Notes under the pieces: model-generated
Database searches by the model: none
Told to the model about the DNA's origin: nothing
The model's input: the letters and a program-made list of their open reading frames with translations, nothing else
Origin: Ginkgo biloba
Taxonomy: Eukaryota; Plantae; Ginkgophyta
DNA: 30,343 nucleotides
Direction: 5' to 3'
Assembly: GCA_024626585.2 (NCBI GenBank)
Contig: JANKJI020000002.1
Span: 252,167,940 to 252,198,282 of the forward strand
Program-made: the position numbers and the translations under genes
Shown: piece after piece, positions 14,010 to 26,230 of the stretch
Layout of the letters: the number at the start of each line of letters is the position of its first letter
How positions within the stretch are numbered: position 1 is the stretch's first letter

Positions 14010-14700
14010 TTTCTCAAAATTTGTTTAGCAGCAACCTTGCAAAAATAATAGGCATGAAAAGCGAAGCTTGTTTAGTGGCCTCATTAACTTTGTTAAGGTT
14101 TGTCTGCAGTCGTGCCCTCAGGTAGCCGCACCAATTGAACCTTTGTCCTACTATTAGGTGTGTAGGAAAATACATATAGCACTAAAACCCAAATAATTTA
14201 GCCACCATGAGTTTGGTGATGCATTAGAGGTTGTCATCCCTTAATCCTTCAACTTTTATGCATGATATGCAACAATCATTTGGTCCACCACAAAAAGCCT
14301 CTGCTACTTCCTCCTGATTTCTCTTCGGTCCCTCAAGCACCTCTAGAGCCTCATCTAGTAACCCTATGACCGCGTGTAGTACTTCATTTGTAATTGGGAG
14401 TGCTTCTAGGTGCAAAGCGACATATTTGACAGCTTCAACGATAAGCGATGTATCCCAAAATATATTCAACATAAGGAAGAAGTCATGTAGGCTAGTGTTC
14501 TAAAGTGTAGAGTAACAGGGGTGCTCGTCATATTATGTTCCCATAGTTCAGGCCCGTCATGCTCGCGGAGTTCAATGCTCGTTGGTCTAAATAGGGAATC
14601 ACCTGCCTTACATTTGCTCATTCTGCCTGTATCTCAGTTTCACTCTTCTTTGTTCGATGTGAGGTGTTGGCCGCTTGCAAGTTCATCCTCTAAGCTCTCT
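14010..14700 (-). mobile_element. Decayed retrotransposon accessory ORF ('plant transposon protein'-like)
   Basis: One frame with few stops: YSTL*NTSLHDFFLMLNIFWDTSLIVEAVKY...L*CITKLMVAKLFGF*CYMYFPTHLIVGQRFNWCGYLRARLQTNL...LFMPIIFARL. The GxxFNWxxY..F.MP pattern is typical of such ORFs. Confidence 0.55.
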
Positions 14701-15398
14701 ATTTGCTTGTTCACTAATGATGGTTGCTTGCTGAGAGTTTTGTTCCATCGTTCAACTAGCTTTTCCCCCGATTTATGCCACCATTTGGTGAGATAATTGT
14801 TATTCGTACACCACAGAATTCATTATGAAGGGGCATGCTGACTTGTGCTGAGGTGACATCACCCCTATTCAAATTATGATTCCTTTTTNNNNNNNNNNNN
14901 NNNNNNNNNNNNNNNNNNNNNNNNNNNNNNNNNNNNNNNNNNNNNNNNNNNNNNNNNNNNNNNNNNNNNNNNNNNNNNNNNNNNNNNNTACTTAGAAAGA
15001 AGGCACCTAGGAAGCAAGTGCTTCCACACATCTTCAAAAGCGTAACTTTTGACTTATCTTGTGATCTTGATCTGATTTGACTATTTTGATTAACAAGATT
15101 AGTTCTTGATATATTTGGCGTAATTTTGAGTATCTTTCATTTCCATTGTGCTTAATTATTAAGTTTATTTATGATTCATGAGTAATTTCCCATCAAGGGT
15201 CATTATACCGTTATTGCTATCCAGTTAAAATGTGCATTTTCCTAAATCAATACAATATGTACTTTTCAATAAAGGTTTCATGTAAAGGAATAAGAGATAA
15301 ATCACTAAATTCTGAGAACTAGGGTATAAGGAACATGCATACTTCAAAAGAATTATCAGAACATACTCCCTTGTAAAAATTAAACACACTCTACATAC

Positions 15399-15480
15399 CT
15401 GCAACAGATAATTGAGTGATGTCAATCGCACCGACACAAATCCACTTTGCAGTGTCAATGCCAAATGCAACTGGTAGTGA
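15399..15480 (-). CDS. CHLG: Chlorophyll synthase exon (SLPVAFGIDTAKWICVGAIDITQLSVA-G)
   Basis: 82 nt between GGCAG and GTATGT; ends in phase 1. Confidence 0.97.
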
Positions 15481-15619
15481 CTGCCCAAAAAGGAACAATT
15501 AAAGATACCAATAAGTATTTGCAAAAGAAGCACCATAAGTCACAAGAACAGCACAGAAAGTTCACGTTTGCAGTCCATCTTAAGCAATGAAATTCCAAAT
15601 TTCTGAAAATAGAAGAAAC

Positions 15620-15682
15620 CTGCAGTCCCATGGCTCGATCTCCTTCAATGCTTTTGAAGTCATTTACAATAGCAATACCTAG
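15620..15682 (-). CDS. CHLG: Chlorophyll synthase exon (LGIAIVNDFKSIEGDRAMGLQ)
   Basis: 63 nt between TGCAG and GTTTCT; carries the second aspartate-rich motif NDFKSxEGD. Confidence 0.97.
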
Positions 15683-15804
15683 CTGCAATGTATCAACACA
15701 AAATCAGGCAGACATAATGTAATATATCTCATTGATGAAGTAAAATATCCTCATTCACTAATCCTTAGAAATGTAATCATATGATGGGACTAAAGATGAC
15801 ATAC

Positions 15805-15895
15805 ACCCGCTATACTGTACAAAATAGTCAGCACCNNNNNNNNNNNNNNNNNNNNNNNNNNNNNNNNNNTCCCAAACAATGCTTGACCAGCCCAC
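15805..15895 (-). CDS. CHLG: Chlorophyll synthase exon (WAGQALFG..[N gap]..VLTILYSIAG)
   Basis: AATAG acceptor and GTATGT donor; both ends match ChlG; interrupted by 34 Ns. Confidence 0.93.
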
Positions 15896-16159
15896 CTATT
15901 CATTGAAACATTTGACAATTAATTATTTTTCAGGTGAAAAAATAAAATTTATATTATTGAAACCAACTGTACAACACTTCCAAAGGCATTGAAAAGAAAT
16001 TGTTGATTTTGCCATTGTATTACTGAAATACCTCCTTAAAAGCCATTACAATGCATTACCAAAAGTTTCTCTATTTATGGAAGTTTAATTTTACCTTAAT
16101 CCAGACATATCAAACTTGGAGATGTCCTCTTGTAGCATTTACAATGGGTNNNNNNNNNN

Positions 16160-16983
16160 AACTGTATGTTGATGCCAAGAGTAGCCTCCATACGAGTCTC
16201 CTAATCTTACTCGCCATCCTCCTGCTCGTCTTTTAGCATGCTCAATGGAATCTTATTGTGCCGGTTGTCTACACAACCACCTCCACCTAATGGTTTGGCC
16301 TTTTGCACAGATCCAACTTTATGGCCTGCTACAAGGCCCACATGGTCATCAAGTCTGACAATGCACATGCATGCATCCGAGTTCCTCTGGACAGCTATTA
16401 TCAAAGACTATACTTTTCTTCTGTAATAGTGGCCTAGGTCCATGTTCCTGACCTGGATGTGTGTCTTTCCCTAGGACGAAGTGCTTCATTTGCACAATAC
16501 TTCACACCACACCTCATGAACTAATGGCATCCTTCTACCTAATGTGCTGCTTCTGGGCTTCAAACCAAATTTTATTGGTTCCAAGTCAAATCACCTCGGA
16601 ATCTCCATTGGCCATGTTGCAGGATTGCATGCTCACCAATGAGGTCTGAACATGATCACTCGAGCTATACTCTTTGTAAAATCTCCCTTGCTCAAGTCTG
16701 TATCTTCCAGTACTACGGTCATGTTACTCCTTCTTATTGATCTTTATGGCTTGCAACCATCACCACTAAATTATGTCCTTCGTCAAAATCAGGTCATCCG
16801 TGTTGAGGCTGCCCAGAAGCACTTTGATTCCTTTGGGAATAATTTATTGTTTTTTGTAAGGAACAAGTCTTTGTTTACTTGAGTCCTTAGGATGTTGGTG
16901 TCTATTGTTGCATAATCAACTCCATTTTGGATCCACAACTCCATTTTTCTAGCTCTTGGGCTCGTTTTAAAGCCTGTAGTAAA
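16160..16983 (-). mobile_element. LINE ORF2 endonuclease relic
   Basis: Decayed APE-endonuclease motifs in the expected order on the minus strand: N-terminal G.TSP.A region, W..RGDL (cf. WxxxGDFN, about 16590-16610), DH (cf. SDH, about 16340). Confidence 0.55.
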
Positions 16984-17320
16984 NNNNNNNNNNNNNNNNN
17001 NNNNNNNNNNNNNNNNNNNNNNNNNNNNNNNNNNNNNNNNNNNNNNNNNNNNNNNNNNNNNNNNNNNNATTGCCTTCCATCTCAGACCAAGCATCACATG
17101 GATTTTTTTTTTTTTTTCCATTGGTCCTGGCTTTCGTTTTCCCTTTCCAGCTCAATTTGTGCTCCGTTGATTCCAACAAGGAAATTTGAACTGGTTTACT
17201 CTGTCCACAAATACCCAAGCAGCAAGAATTTGCTTTTTGGATCAAATTTTGTTTCTTCCCCTTGGTTGTAAGAATCGGACCCTTAATGCTCATCTTGGCC
17301 TGTATTCCCTCCCCCATTGA

Positions 17321-17636
17321 CATGCTCCATGAACTATTTGACAGAAACCTCGCATGAAGTGTAAAGATTAAGGGCACAAGAGACTCTTTTCTGACTATTA
17401 TCACTCTGCATCAACAGACTAACTTTTCTTCCTTAGAAAAGGAGCTAAACCAGACTGCTATGCTGGAATTGGATCCCATGCTCCATGAACTATTTGACAG
17501 AAAACTCACACTTAGCACAAGAATTAAGGGCACGAAAGGCTCTTTTCTGAATACTATCACTCTTTAACAAACAGATTATTAGATACTTGTCTTCCTCAGT
17601 GAAGGAGCTAAAACACAGTCCTATGCTGGAACTGGA
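17321..17636. repeat. Tandem duplication, two units of about 156-160 bp
   Basis: catgctccatgaactatttgacagaaa starts at both 17321 and 17477; aaggagctaaa..ctatgctggaa.tgga recurs at about 17439 and 17602. Confidence 0.9.
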
Positions 17637-19181
17637 GTGTAAACAGAAGAATTTAAAGACAAAAGAATTGAGGGAAACCCACAATTATCCCTCCCCCAAG
17701 GAATGACTCATCTTTAATATCAGGAAATGCCATATATGATACCTTAAAAATGGTTGTCAGCTCCTAGATGATGGTTCCCAGTTGAAAACTTGAAGGAAAA
17801 TCATAATAAAACTCCAAGCATGCAAATGTCTATGATATTGGAATTGGAATTTGTTCAACAAAGTATTTCCACAAGACTGAAGAAAGGGGAAGGTATCCAA
17901 TCCAAGAGCATCAAATGTTCCTAAGCAACCTGACTTTACCCAAGATGGAGGTTGTTCTATAACTTTGAAGGAAGATGAAATGTCAATTTTATAAAGTGGG
18001 TAGAGTGGATCCATCTCTTGAGGATATAGGCCATGTGGGATGTCTATCGATGGGAAGCACGACTTCATTGATTAAGATATTAATGGACGTAGAGATAATG
18101 GAATGCTGGTAAGTAGGGCATTCTTGGTTCACATCCTGACCTTTGAATGTGGTTTTCCATTGTGCAACAACTGTTCAATTTGGGCATATGGCTATAAATG
18201 AGACAGCATTCACCCTGTTATACACCCTTGAGCTTACCTCCATGTGATTATCCNNNNNNNNNNNNNNNNNNNNNNNNNNNNNNNNNNNNNNNNNNNNNNN
18301 NNNNNNNNNNNNNNNNNNNNNNNNNNNNNNNNNNNNNNNNNNNNNNNNNNNNNNNNNNNNNNNNNNNNNNNNNNNNNNNNNNNNNNNNNNNNNNNNNNNN
18401 NNNNNNNNNNNNNNNNNNNNNNNNNNNNNNNNNNNNNNNNNNNNNNNNNNNNNNNNNNNNNNNNNNNNNNNNNNNNNNNNNNNNNNNNNNNNNNNNNNNN
18501 NNNNNNNNNNNNNNNNNNNNNNNNNNNNNNNNNNNNNNNNNNNNNNNNNNNNNNNNNNNNNNNNNNNNNNNNNNNNNNNNNNNNNNNNNNNNNNNNNNNN
18601 NNNNNNNNNNNNNNNNNNNNNNNNNNNNNNNNNNNNNNNNNNNNNNNNNNNNNNNNNNNNNNNNNNNNNNNNNNNNNNNNNNNNNNNNNNNNNNNNNNNN
18701 NNNNNNNNNNNNNNNNNNNNNNNNNNNNNNNNNNNNNNNNNNNNNNNNNNNNNNNNNNNNNNNNNNNNNNNNNNNNNNNNNNNNNNNNNNNNNNNNNNNN
18801 NNNNNNNNNNNNNNNNNNNNNNNNNNNNNNNNNNNNNNNNNNNNNNNNNNNNNNNNNNNNNNNNNNNNNNNNNNNNNNNNNNNNNNNNNNNNNNNNNNNN
18901 NNNNNNNNNNNNNNNNNNNNNNNNNNNNNNNNNNNNNNNNNNNNNNNNNNNNNNNNNNNNNNNNNNNNNNNNNNNNNNNNNNNNNNNNNNNNNNNNNNNN
19001 NNNNNNNNNNNNNNNNNNNNNNNNNNNNNNNNNNNNNNNNNNNNNNNNNNNNNNNNNNNNNNNNNNNNNNNNNNNNNNNNNNNNNNNNNNNNNNNNNNGC
19101 AAGGCCTTAGGTATCATTTCAACCTCAAAATATCGTCCAGACATGAGACGCCAAGAAGGTTCTGCCCTTAACTAGCAAACA

Positions 19182-19397
19182 ATTATTTATGCTAATTCAT
19201 GGTACCTTAATTGTGGCTATCCTCTCGATACATATATATTAATTTATAGTAAAAATGGATAATGGTTTTGTACATATCTTTTCAACCTGATAGCCATCCA
19301 TCATATATGGGTAACCTTTTAACCCTCATGGCTAACAAATCAGCAGGTATCCTTTCAACCCAATAGATGTGAATAATCATGGGTATCCTTTCAACCC
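19182..19397 (+). repeat. Minisatellite-like array, about 36-bp period with core GGTATCCTTTCAACCC (copy 1)
   Basis: Cores at about 19273, 19310, 19346 and 19382; an isolated core at 19110. Confidence 0.85.
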
Positions 19398-20901
19398 CTT
19401 TTTGTAGCTTACAAACAATAGCCCATACAAGCATAAAAACAACCAAGCATATTTCATCCAATGGACTTCCATTGCTCCTTATGCAACCCTCCAATAAGAA
19501 CCTCGGGTTTGACAGGGCATAAGGTAAAATTCAGCAAGCATGCACAAGGACAAATATCCTAAGTTTAATAGCACGCACTTCAAACACAGCCATTAATCAA
19601 TACAAATACCTTTGGGAAGTATCTAAAGAGACATGCCCTCTCTTGAGCATTCTTCTCATGCATTTGCCAAGTCATATCTGAAATTATTCATTATATCCAT
19701 AAGAATGCTTTAGCAGTAGACTTTCTTATTTATGTATAGTGTTAGGGTTGATTTCCCATAGGAACCCTCAAGTTGTGCAACGTCCTTGCATGCACCAGGT
19801 TGGAATTTTCAGTACCCTGCAACCATAATCCTCTTGTAATCAGCCACTAACCGATGCCAAAACAGCCTTCACAAAGGCGTGTGTCACCCCTCTAGGGTTT
19901 CTTGAGGCTTCTAAAGCTACAACAAAGTTGGTTCTTGGTGCCCCAGTGTGTCGTTCCTACTAGGAAATGCCCCGTGTCCTTTTACAAGCCAAGAATCAAC
20001 CTTATAATGCATCGGTCCAAAAAGCAACAGCATGCGATCCTATTTAATTATGAAGAAAGCCAAAAAGTTGTCAGCACAAACCTTAGCTTTCAATATATAA
20101 CAAATTGGGCGTTCTACCTCCCAAAGGCCATCCCATGGTGTTTTGCCACATGCTACTTCCATTTTTTTATCATTTTTTCCCTTTGATTGTTTGACGTCAT
20201 CCCTGGTAATGCCACAAGAAACTGTAGGGCCCGCTTACAAGCGTCTTCACTTATTCATCCAATTTTTTAATTCCTTAAGACCAAATTAACTTGAATTGAA
20301 TGCCTTGTAACATCTACCATCAATTAGGCTTGCTTCACGAATAAGCTCAATGTGTTTATTAGACCATTACATAAGATACTCCTTTATTTTGCGATTCTAA
20401 AAAGTAACAACTCTACTATTTAAACCTTCAAAACAACCATGCTTAACTTGCAAAAGAATCATACTTAACTTGTAGGACAACCATACTTAGTGGCACAAAT
20501 TGAACATTATCATACACAATATAACCATACAAATATCATAGGGTACATAGACAGGGTTGCTAATATAAGGGTCTATGACACGAGAACAAGCAACATCAAT
20601 TGTTGACCATGGGGACAACCAGAAGGGCTTATTGCATTGGCAACCAAACCTCCAATGGCATCCTTGTGCACACCATCAACAACTAGTAGTTATGACCACT
20701 CTACTAAACTCCACCCCTTCACCCAATGTGAATAAGGGTGACATGCCATAAGTATTTTTTCAAGTTTCAACCCAGTTTGGGCACCAAGAAACCTAAATAG
20801 GNNNNNNNNNNNNNNNNNNNNNNNNNNNNNNNNNNNNNNNNNNNNNNNNNNNNNNNNNNNNNNNNNNNNNNNNNNNNNNNNNNNNNNNNNNNNNNNNNNN
20901 N

Positions 20902-21087
20902 ATTTATTTATGTTAATTCACAGTACCTTAGTTGCAGGTATCCTTTCAACCCATTTCTATCAATTTATGGCATCAATGACCAACAATTTCATGGGTATCC
21001 TTTCAACCCAATAGCCATCCATCATAGATCAATATCCTTTCAACCATCATGGCTAACAGTGGTGGGTATCCCTTCAACCCAATAGCC
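20902..21087 (+). repeat. Minisatellite-like array with core GGTATCCTTTCAACCC (copy 2)
   Basis: Cores at 20937, 20994, about 21031 and 21065; shares the leader (atttatg.taattca..gtacctta) and spacers with copy 1. Confidence 0.85.
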
Positions 21088-21179
21088 ATGAATGTAGAGT
21101 CCAAGCATAGCTAGCACTAGGTAGGATAGTTGAAAGACGCTCAAGTCCAGGGTTACAGTAAAGGGTGTTGGTACCAAAA

Positions 21180-21460
21180 TAGGCACAATTGGCTTGCATC
21201 AGAAACTAATGGATAATGGCATTGATGCTCTTATATGTGGGTACCTTGTAGATGATGTACAGAGGCATTGTTATTAAGTAGCATTCCGATTCAAACAACT
21301 GAGCAACTATTTAGCAATTGGACATCATTCTTCATGTACATGCCCATCATAACCAAGCAGTGGTATGCCCAACAAGAATAGGCTTGTTTTGTGCCAATGT
21401 CTAATATATGAGCTTTGAGAAGCAGGTTACACGAGTGTGCACGAAAAGGAGCATGTAACG
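21180..21460 (+). mobile_element. LINE ORF2 3' end relic (Cys/His-rich terminal region)
   Basis: Highly decayed resemblance to the QLRTSSH..ETGRW..RLCxxC..H..C terminus of LINE ORF2. Confidence 0.35.
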
Positions 21461-22158
21461 CATACTGATGTTATTTCTTTGCTTTTTAGGATTTTCGTTC
21501 ACCAATAAACTGCCACACCTTTTGCCATTTTGACCAATTGTACTAGCTGAAGTATATGCGTGGAACAAAACTTCATATTAATTCTGACTATAAATTACTA
21601 AATGCAGGAAGCAAAATGGTTGACATGGTCCATTTTAGCAAATAGTAAATACTTTACCTGAAAATAACCAAGCAGAAAATTTTGGGGTTTTTTTTTTCCC
21701 AATTCAATCGTAAGCTTTCTTAACAGCTAAGTAACATTCCAAATTAAATAACTTTGCACGACAAACATTAGGAATTTTACCATATTTCTTAATATTAACA
21801 ACAAGAGGCACATAATAAGGAAAGTATTTCTTATCATAAGTTTGTTGCTTTCCTTCAAAACAGCAAAACTATAGCTAATTTGCTTTTTATTTCAACAAGA
21901 GATTGCAACTCCTTTAAAGGAGTTTGTCTTTAAAAAAATTGTTGGAGTTTCTTTCTGCGCCCCTCCTCTCAAACCTCTGTNNNNNNNNNNNNNNNNNNNN
22001 NNNNNNNNNNNNNNNNNNNCTGTATTTATCGCGACTCTTCCATTGTCTTTTATGAGAAGAACTAGCCAAAAGGTAACATATGAAAAATCAACAACCAATA
22101 GACTATAGAGCCACATACACAGCATTTACAAGTGTGTGGACCACCTTATACAACTTAC

Positions 22159-22220
22159 CAAGGCAAGCATATGTAGCTCGTGCCTAGAGCAAAATTGCCT
22201 ATCCATCCGTTTTGCTTTAG
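22159..22220 (-). CDS. CHLG: Chlorophyll synthase exon (LKQNGWIGNFALGTSYICLP-W)
   Basis: 62 nt between CACAG and GTAAGT; ends in phase 2, which matches the next exon. Confidence 0.96.
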
Positions 22221-22393
22221 CTGTGCAGAGAACATATCATTTCACAGTCAAGGTCCTTGACTATATAAGAAACACAATAACTTTGTTTGCAAAAACATGA
22301 ATCCCAAATTAATAGCAATCTTTTGTCACTCCTTATGGATCTTATTTCCAGGACACTAATCATTCAAACTAGATAAAAGTTAAAGTTGTGCAC

Positions 22394-22477
22394 CTTCAGG
22401 GGTGGAGCTGAGTATATGTAAGACAGTAAAGAGCCACCAATAGCAAGATAGAAAAGGAATGGAAATGTATGCCCTGC
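22394..22477 (-). CDS. CHLG: Chlorophyll synthase exon (AGHTFPFLFYLAIGGSLLSYIYSAPPLK)
   Basis: 84 nt between TACAG and GTGCAC; contains the UbiA-family YSAPPLK motif. Confidence 0.97.
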
Positions 22478-22587
22478 CTGTACAGCAACCGGAAAAAAAC
22501 AAGTTGCTAATCAAATTCATTTAGAAAGCTATCTGAAGCATTAAGCAGAGAAATATAGACTTGCCTATGTATGCAAACCATACTCAC

Positions 22588-22653
22588 CCATACATCTAAC
22601 AGAGCTGCCAAGCTCAGGCCTCCCAAGAGAAGTACCCAAATCTGGTTTATAAC
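22588..22653 (-). CDS. CHLG: Chlorophyll synthase exon (VINQIWVLLLGGLSLAALLDVW)
   Basis: 66 nt between TTTTAG and GTGAGT; matches ChlG VITQVWVLLLGG..LDVW. Confidence 0.95.
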
Positions 22654-23822
22654 CTAAAATGGCAGAGAGATCACGAAATGTAAATCCAGATAGAAAAATC
22701 TTGTTATCATACTAATTAACTTTATTTGAAAGGAATATGGATGAAACTTTATACTAATACTTATCAAAGAAACCTGGATATATCTATAAATTATAAGTTT
22801 AAACCTAAGCAATCAATGAATTCAGAAGGTACCCATTATGCACTGCTTTACTATCTCAAAATGGCATATATGTGTCGGATCAGGAGTATTGGATGGTCAT
22901 GAAATTCAAATATTTAATAACAATGAGGCTTCTCCCAATGTAACTATCCTTAGAATTGAACAATTAAGACCAAAGAACAATCTTGATTCAATTGAAAAGT
23001 GAGACCTGCCTGAAAACATAGCCAACGCTAATCTACTCTCAAAGCAGCAGCATACCATTGCCAAATTATCTATGTCATTGATGGCATGTAATTCCAAAAC
23101 TGAACAATCTAGTTTCCTGTGATAATTCGATGAATATGGAATTGTAATGCACTTAGCAAGGGAAAATCACGTCGCCGATAGGCTATAATTCTTCTAATCC
23201 AGGATCTCCAGTGTTTCACCAATTCCTGCTCCTCACAACAAAGAAGCCCATTTTTATGATTTCCAAAAAACATAATCCTTTGTCATGGGGAGCTTTTGGG
23301 GAGGGAGTGTGTGTCTAATACACATTATGACAAAATGCCACCATCCTAATGTTATAAACCAATCTAACATTTGGTTCATTATTCAGAACCTTGAATTTAT
23401 CTCCCAGCACCATTTGTTGGATATGTTAAAACTTAAGCTCCAAGTATCTCTCATTGAATTTACTAAATAAAGAAGTGAGGGTTACCTCTCTTGAACGACA
23501 GAGACACTATTTATGTGACAGTCTACTAAATAATAATATGTAGAGATGTTTACTGTGCTAGAAAATTACCAGTCCTAGATTTAGTTAAAAGTAAAGTTGT
23601 TCTAGTCCTTAGGGAGGCTGTGACAGTCGGTCGATTCCTTATTAGGAAAAGGAAGTGGAATGGTGCTCTAGTACTTAGGGAGTACTTACAGTCGAACCTC
23701 CAACTCCAACTTAGTAGGAAGAGGAAGCATACAGGCATAACTGAGAAATTATAGTTTACATCTATGACTGTAGCTACAATAATCTAATCACCTCTCTCAG
23801 AGGCATGCTTATTAACCAGAAC

Positions 23823-24661
23823 CTAAGTTACTAGGATCCGGCCCTAGGGATCCCAGTTCTGTTCCCGATTCATTTTGGGAGTGGATATGACTTGGAAATG
23901 GGANNNNNNNNNNNNNNNNNNNNNNNNNNNNNNNNNNNNNNNNNNNNNNNNNNNNNNNNNNNNNNNNNNNNNNNNNNNNNNNNNNNNNNNNNNNNNNNNN
24001 NNNNNNNNNNNNNNNNNNNNNNNNNNNNNNNNNNNNNNNNNNNNNNNNNNNNNNNNNNNNNNNNNNNNNNNNNNNNNNNNNNNNNNNNNNNNNNNNNNNN
24101 NNNNNNNNNNNNNNNNNNNNNNNNNNNNNNNNNNNNNNNNNNNNNNNNNNNNNNNNNNNNNNNNNNNNNNNNNNNNNNNNNNNNNNNNNNNNNNNNNNNN
24201 NNNNNNNNNNNNNNNNNNNNNNNNNNNNNNNNNNNNNNNNNNNNNNNNNNNNNNNNNNNNNNNNNNNNNNNNNNNNNNNNNNNNNNNNNNNNNNNNNNNN
24301 NNNNNNNNNNNNNNNNNNNNNNNNNNNNNNNNNNNNNNNNNNNNNNNNNNNNNNNNNNNNNNNNNNNNNNNNNNNNNNNNNNNNNNNNNNNNNNNNNNNN
24401 NNNNNNNNNNNNNNNNNNNNNNNNNNNNNNNNNNNNNNNNNNNNNNNNNNNNNNNNNNNNNNNNNNNNNNNNNNNNNNNNNNNNNNNNNNNNNNNNNNNN
24501 NNNNNNNNNNNNNNNNNNNNNNNNNNNNNNNNNNNNNNNNNNNNNNNNNNNNNNNNNNNNNNNNNNNNNNNNNNNNNNNNNNNNNNNNNNNNNNNNNNNN
24601 NNNNNNNNNNNNNNNNNNNNNNNNNNNTTTTGTTTGCCGCTCCCGCTTCCTGGTAACTTAG
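23823..24661. mobile_element. hAT-type MITE/non-autonomous element spanning an N gap
   Basis: 14-bp TIRs CTAAGTTACTAGGA / TCCTGGTAACTTAG (1 mismatch), flanked by the perfect 8-bp TSD ACCAGAAC at 23815-23822 and 24662-24669. Confidence 0.92.
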
Positions 24662-25659
24662 ACCAGAACACATGGCCAGGAGGAAAGGAACTGGAATATG
24701 AATAGAATCCAATTGTACAGAGCTGACTGATAATAGGAGTCAAAATGTGATCTTGCAGCAGTGGATGAGTGATTAGTAATTTCTTGAAGCATATACTCCA
24801 ACTACACTTTCAGAATGATATTGGAAGCTTTGAGCATGAGATATGGATAATGCAAAGGTACAGATCTGCGATTTAGTAAATCCTGAGATACAGGACAGTT
24901 GGCATCATTACATTCTTAAGGGAACTAGTCCTACAAGAAACCGCTGCCCCATTGGTTTTTTACAGGACTAATCCTTCTGGGATTGCTACCAGATCAGGCA
25001 CTAGGTGGTGATGGACTGAAGGAAGAACAGCAATGCCGTAGCTCTTTGATTGGTGCTGATTGAAAATTCAGTATTATTGAGGATGAAAGATTACATTCGC
25101 ATTTTAATATTTTATTCATACCAACCATGCGCAGCAAGTTTTTTGTTATCACTATCCTTTCATTTCTAACTTTATCTTGTTTCTGTCATTTCTAGCACTT
25201 TGCTTCTTGCCCTGTCCATAATGTAGAGTGAACCCCAAATTTTGAAGAAAGGGGGACAAAAGAGGCATTCAAAGAGAAGGTTTCAGCTTGGTAATGTAAG
25301 AACCCAACCACTTTTAGAGATAGAATTGCAGGAAAAAAGTTAAAACGGACTGAAAATCTTAAAGAAGGGGAATTGCAAAGAATATTTTATGGATACTCTT
25401 CTAACGATGCCATCCTTGATGTGTCTTTTTTACTTGGATCTTGGCATTTTAGTTTCCCAACCATCCAATCTATTTCTAGTTATATTCAAAATTTGAACCA
25501 ATTCTTGAAACTAACATAATTTTTGCATTCTTTGTATTTTTCATATTTTTGGGAACTCTAGGTTTTCAAATCTCCTTCATAATGAACTCCAAGTCAACAC
25601 AACTAGGTGTTTGTAAAGTGAATTCTTAAGTTACTTCAAAATTTTCAAACCCCGATATC

Positions 25660-26060
25660 CTGAAGTCTTTGAGCTTCCACCTTTTATTTTATGAAGTCCT
25701 TAATTTATGAAACTCAAATGATTTTTAAACCACATTGAAGAAAATGTTAGGTCCATTGAATTGAATGTTTGGCAAGGTGTTGGGTGTGCTTACTTTATTT
25801 TCCATGATCTTTGATCTCCTAAGGTCTCCGTGAGTTTCACCTTTTATTTTGTGAAATTTTAGCTTACAAAACTCAAATGTTTTTTAGAGAACTTTGAATA
25901 AATCATCAGGTCCATTAAATGGATGTTTAGAAAATGTTTGAGGAACATTCACTTTAGAATCCCCACTCCCTAAAGTCTTTATCTTGTGAATTATCCAACT
26001 TTATGAAACCCAAAATATTCCAAAATCATATCGAATAACATATCGGGTTCACAATGTTTA
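25660..26060 (+). repeat. Degenerate tandem repeat of about 160 bp (2 full units and 1 partial), retroelement UTR-like
   Basis: cacctttta ttttNtgaa..aaactcaaatg..aggtccatt..atgttt recurs at about 25678 and 25838, and partially at about 25985. Confidence 0.75.
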
Positions 26061-26230
26061 TATGAGGTGCCTTCACTTTGGTGAGTGAGGGGTCCGATAG
26101 CCCGATTCCTTTAGTCATGGGGGGAGGGGCNNNNNNNNNNNNNNNNNNNNNNNNNNNNNNNNNNNNNNNNNNNNNNNNNNNNNNNNNNNNNNNNNNNNNN
26201 NNNNNNNNNNNNNNNNNNNNNNNNNNNNNN

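Noticed and set aside
19273-21087. CRISPR array
   Set aside because: Eukaryotic intron context, a core of only about 16 bp, spacers shared between units and blocks, and no cas genes.
22906-23470. Missing CHLG exon (HAIND.. / WY) or a separate gene
   Set aside because: No NDWYD or PIPSG match and no fitting splice sites. At most a very decayed LINE RT relic (KMGF-like), too weak to call.
26078-26130. Start of the UIM-RING ORF (MVSEGSDSPIPLVMGGG)
   Set aside because: It is nominally in frame but separated by a 100-N gap of unknown true size, so continuity cannot be claimed.
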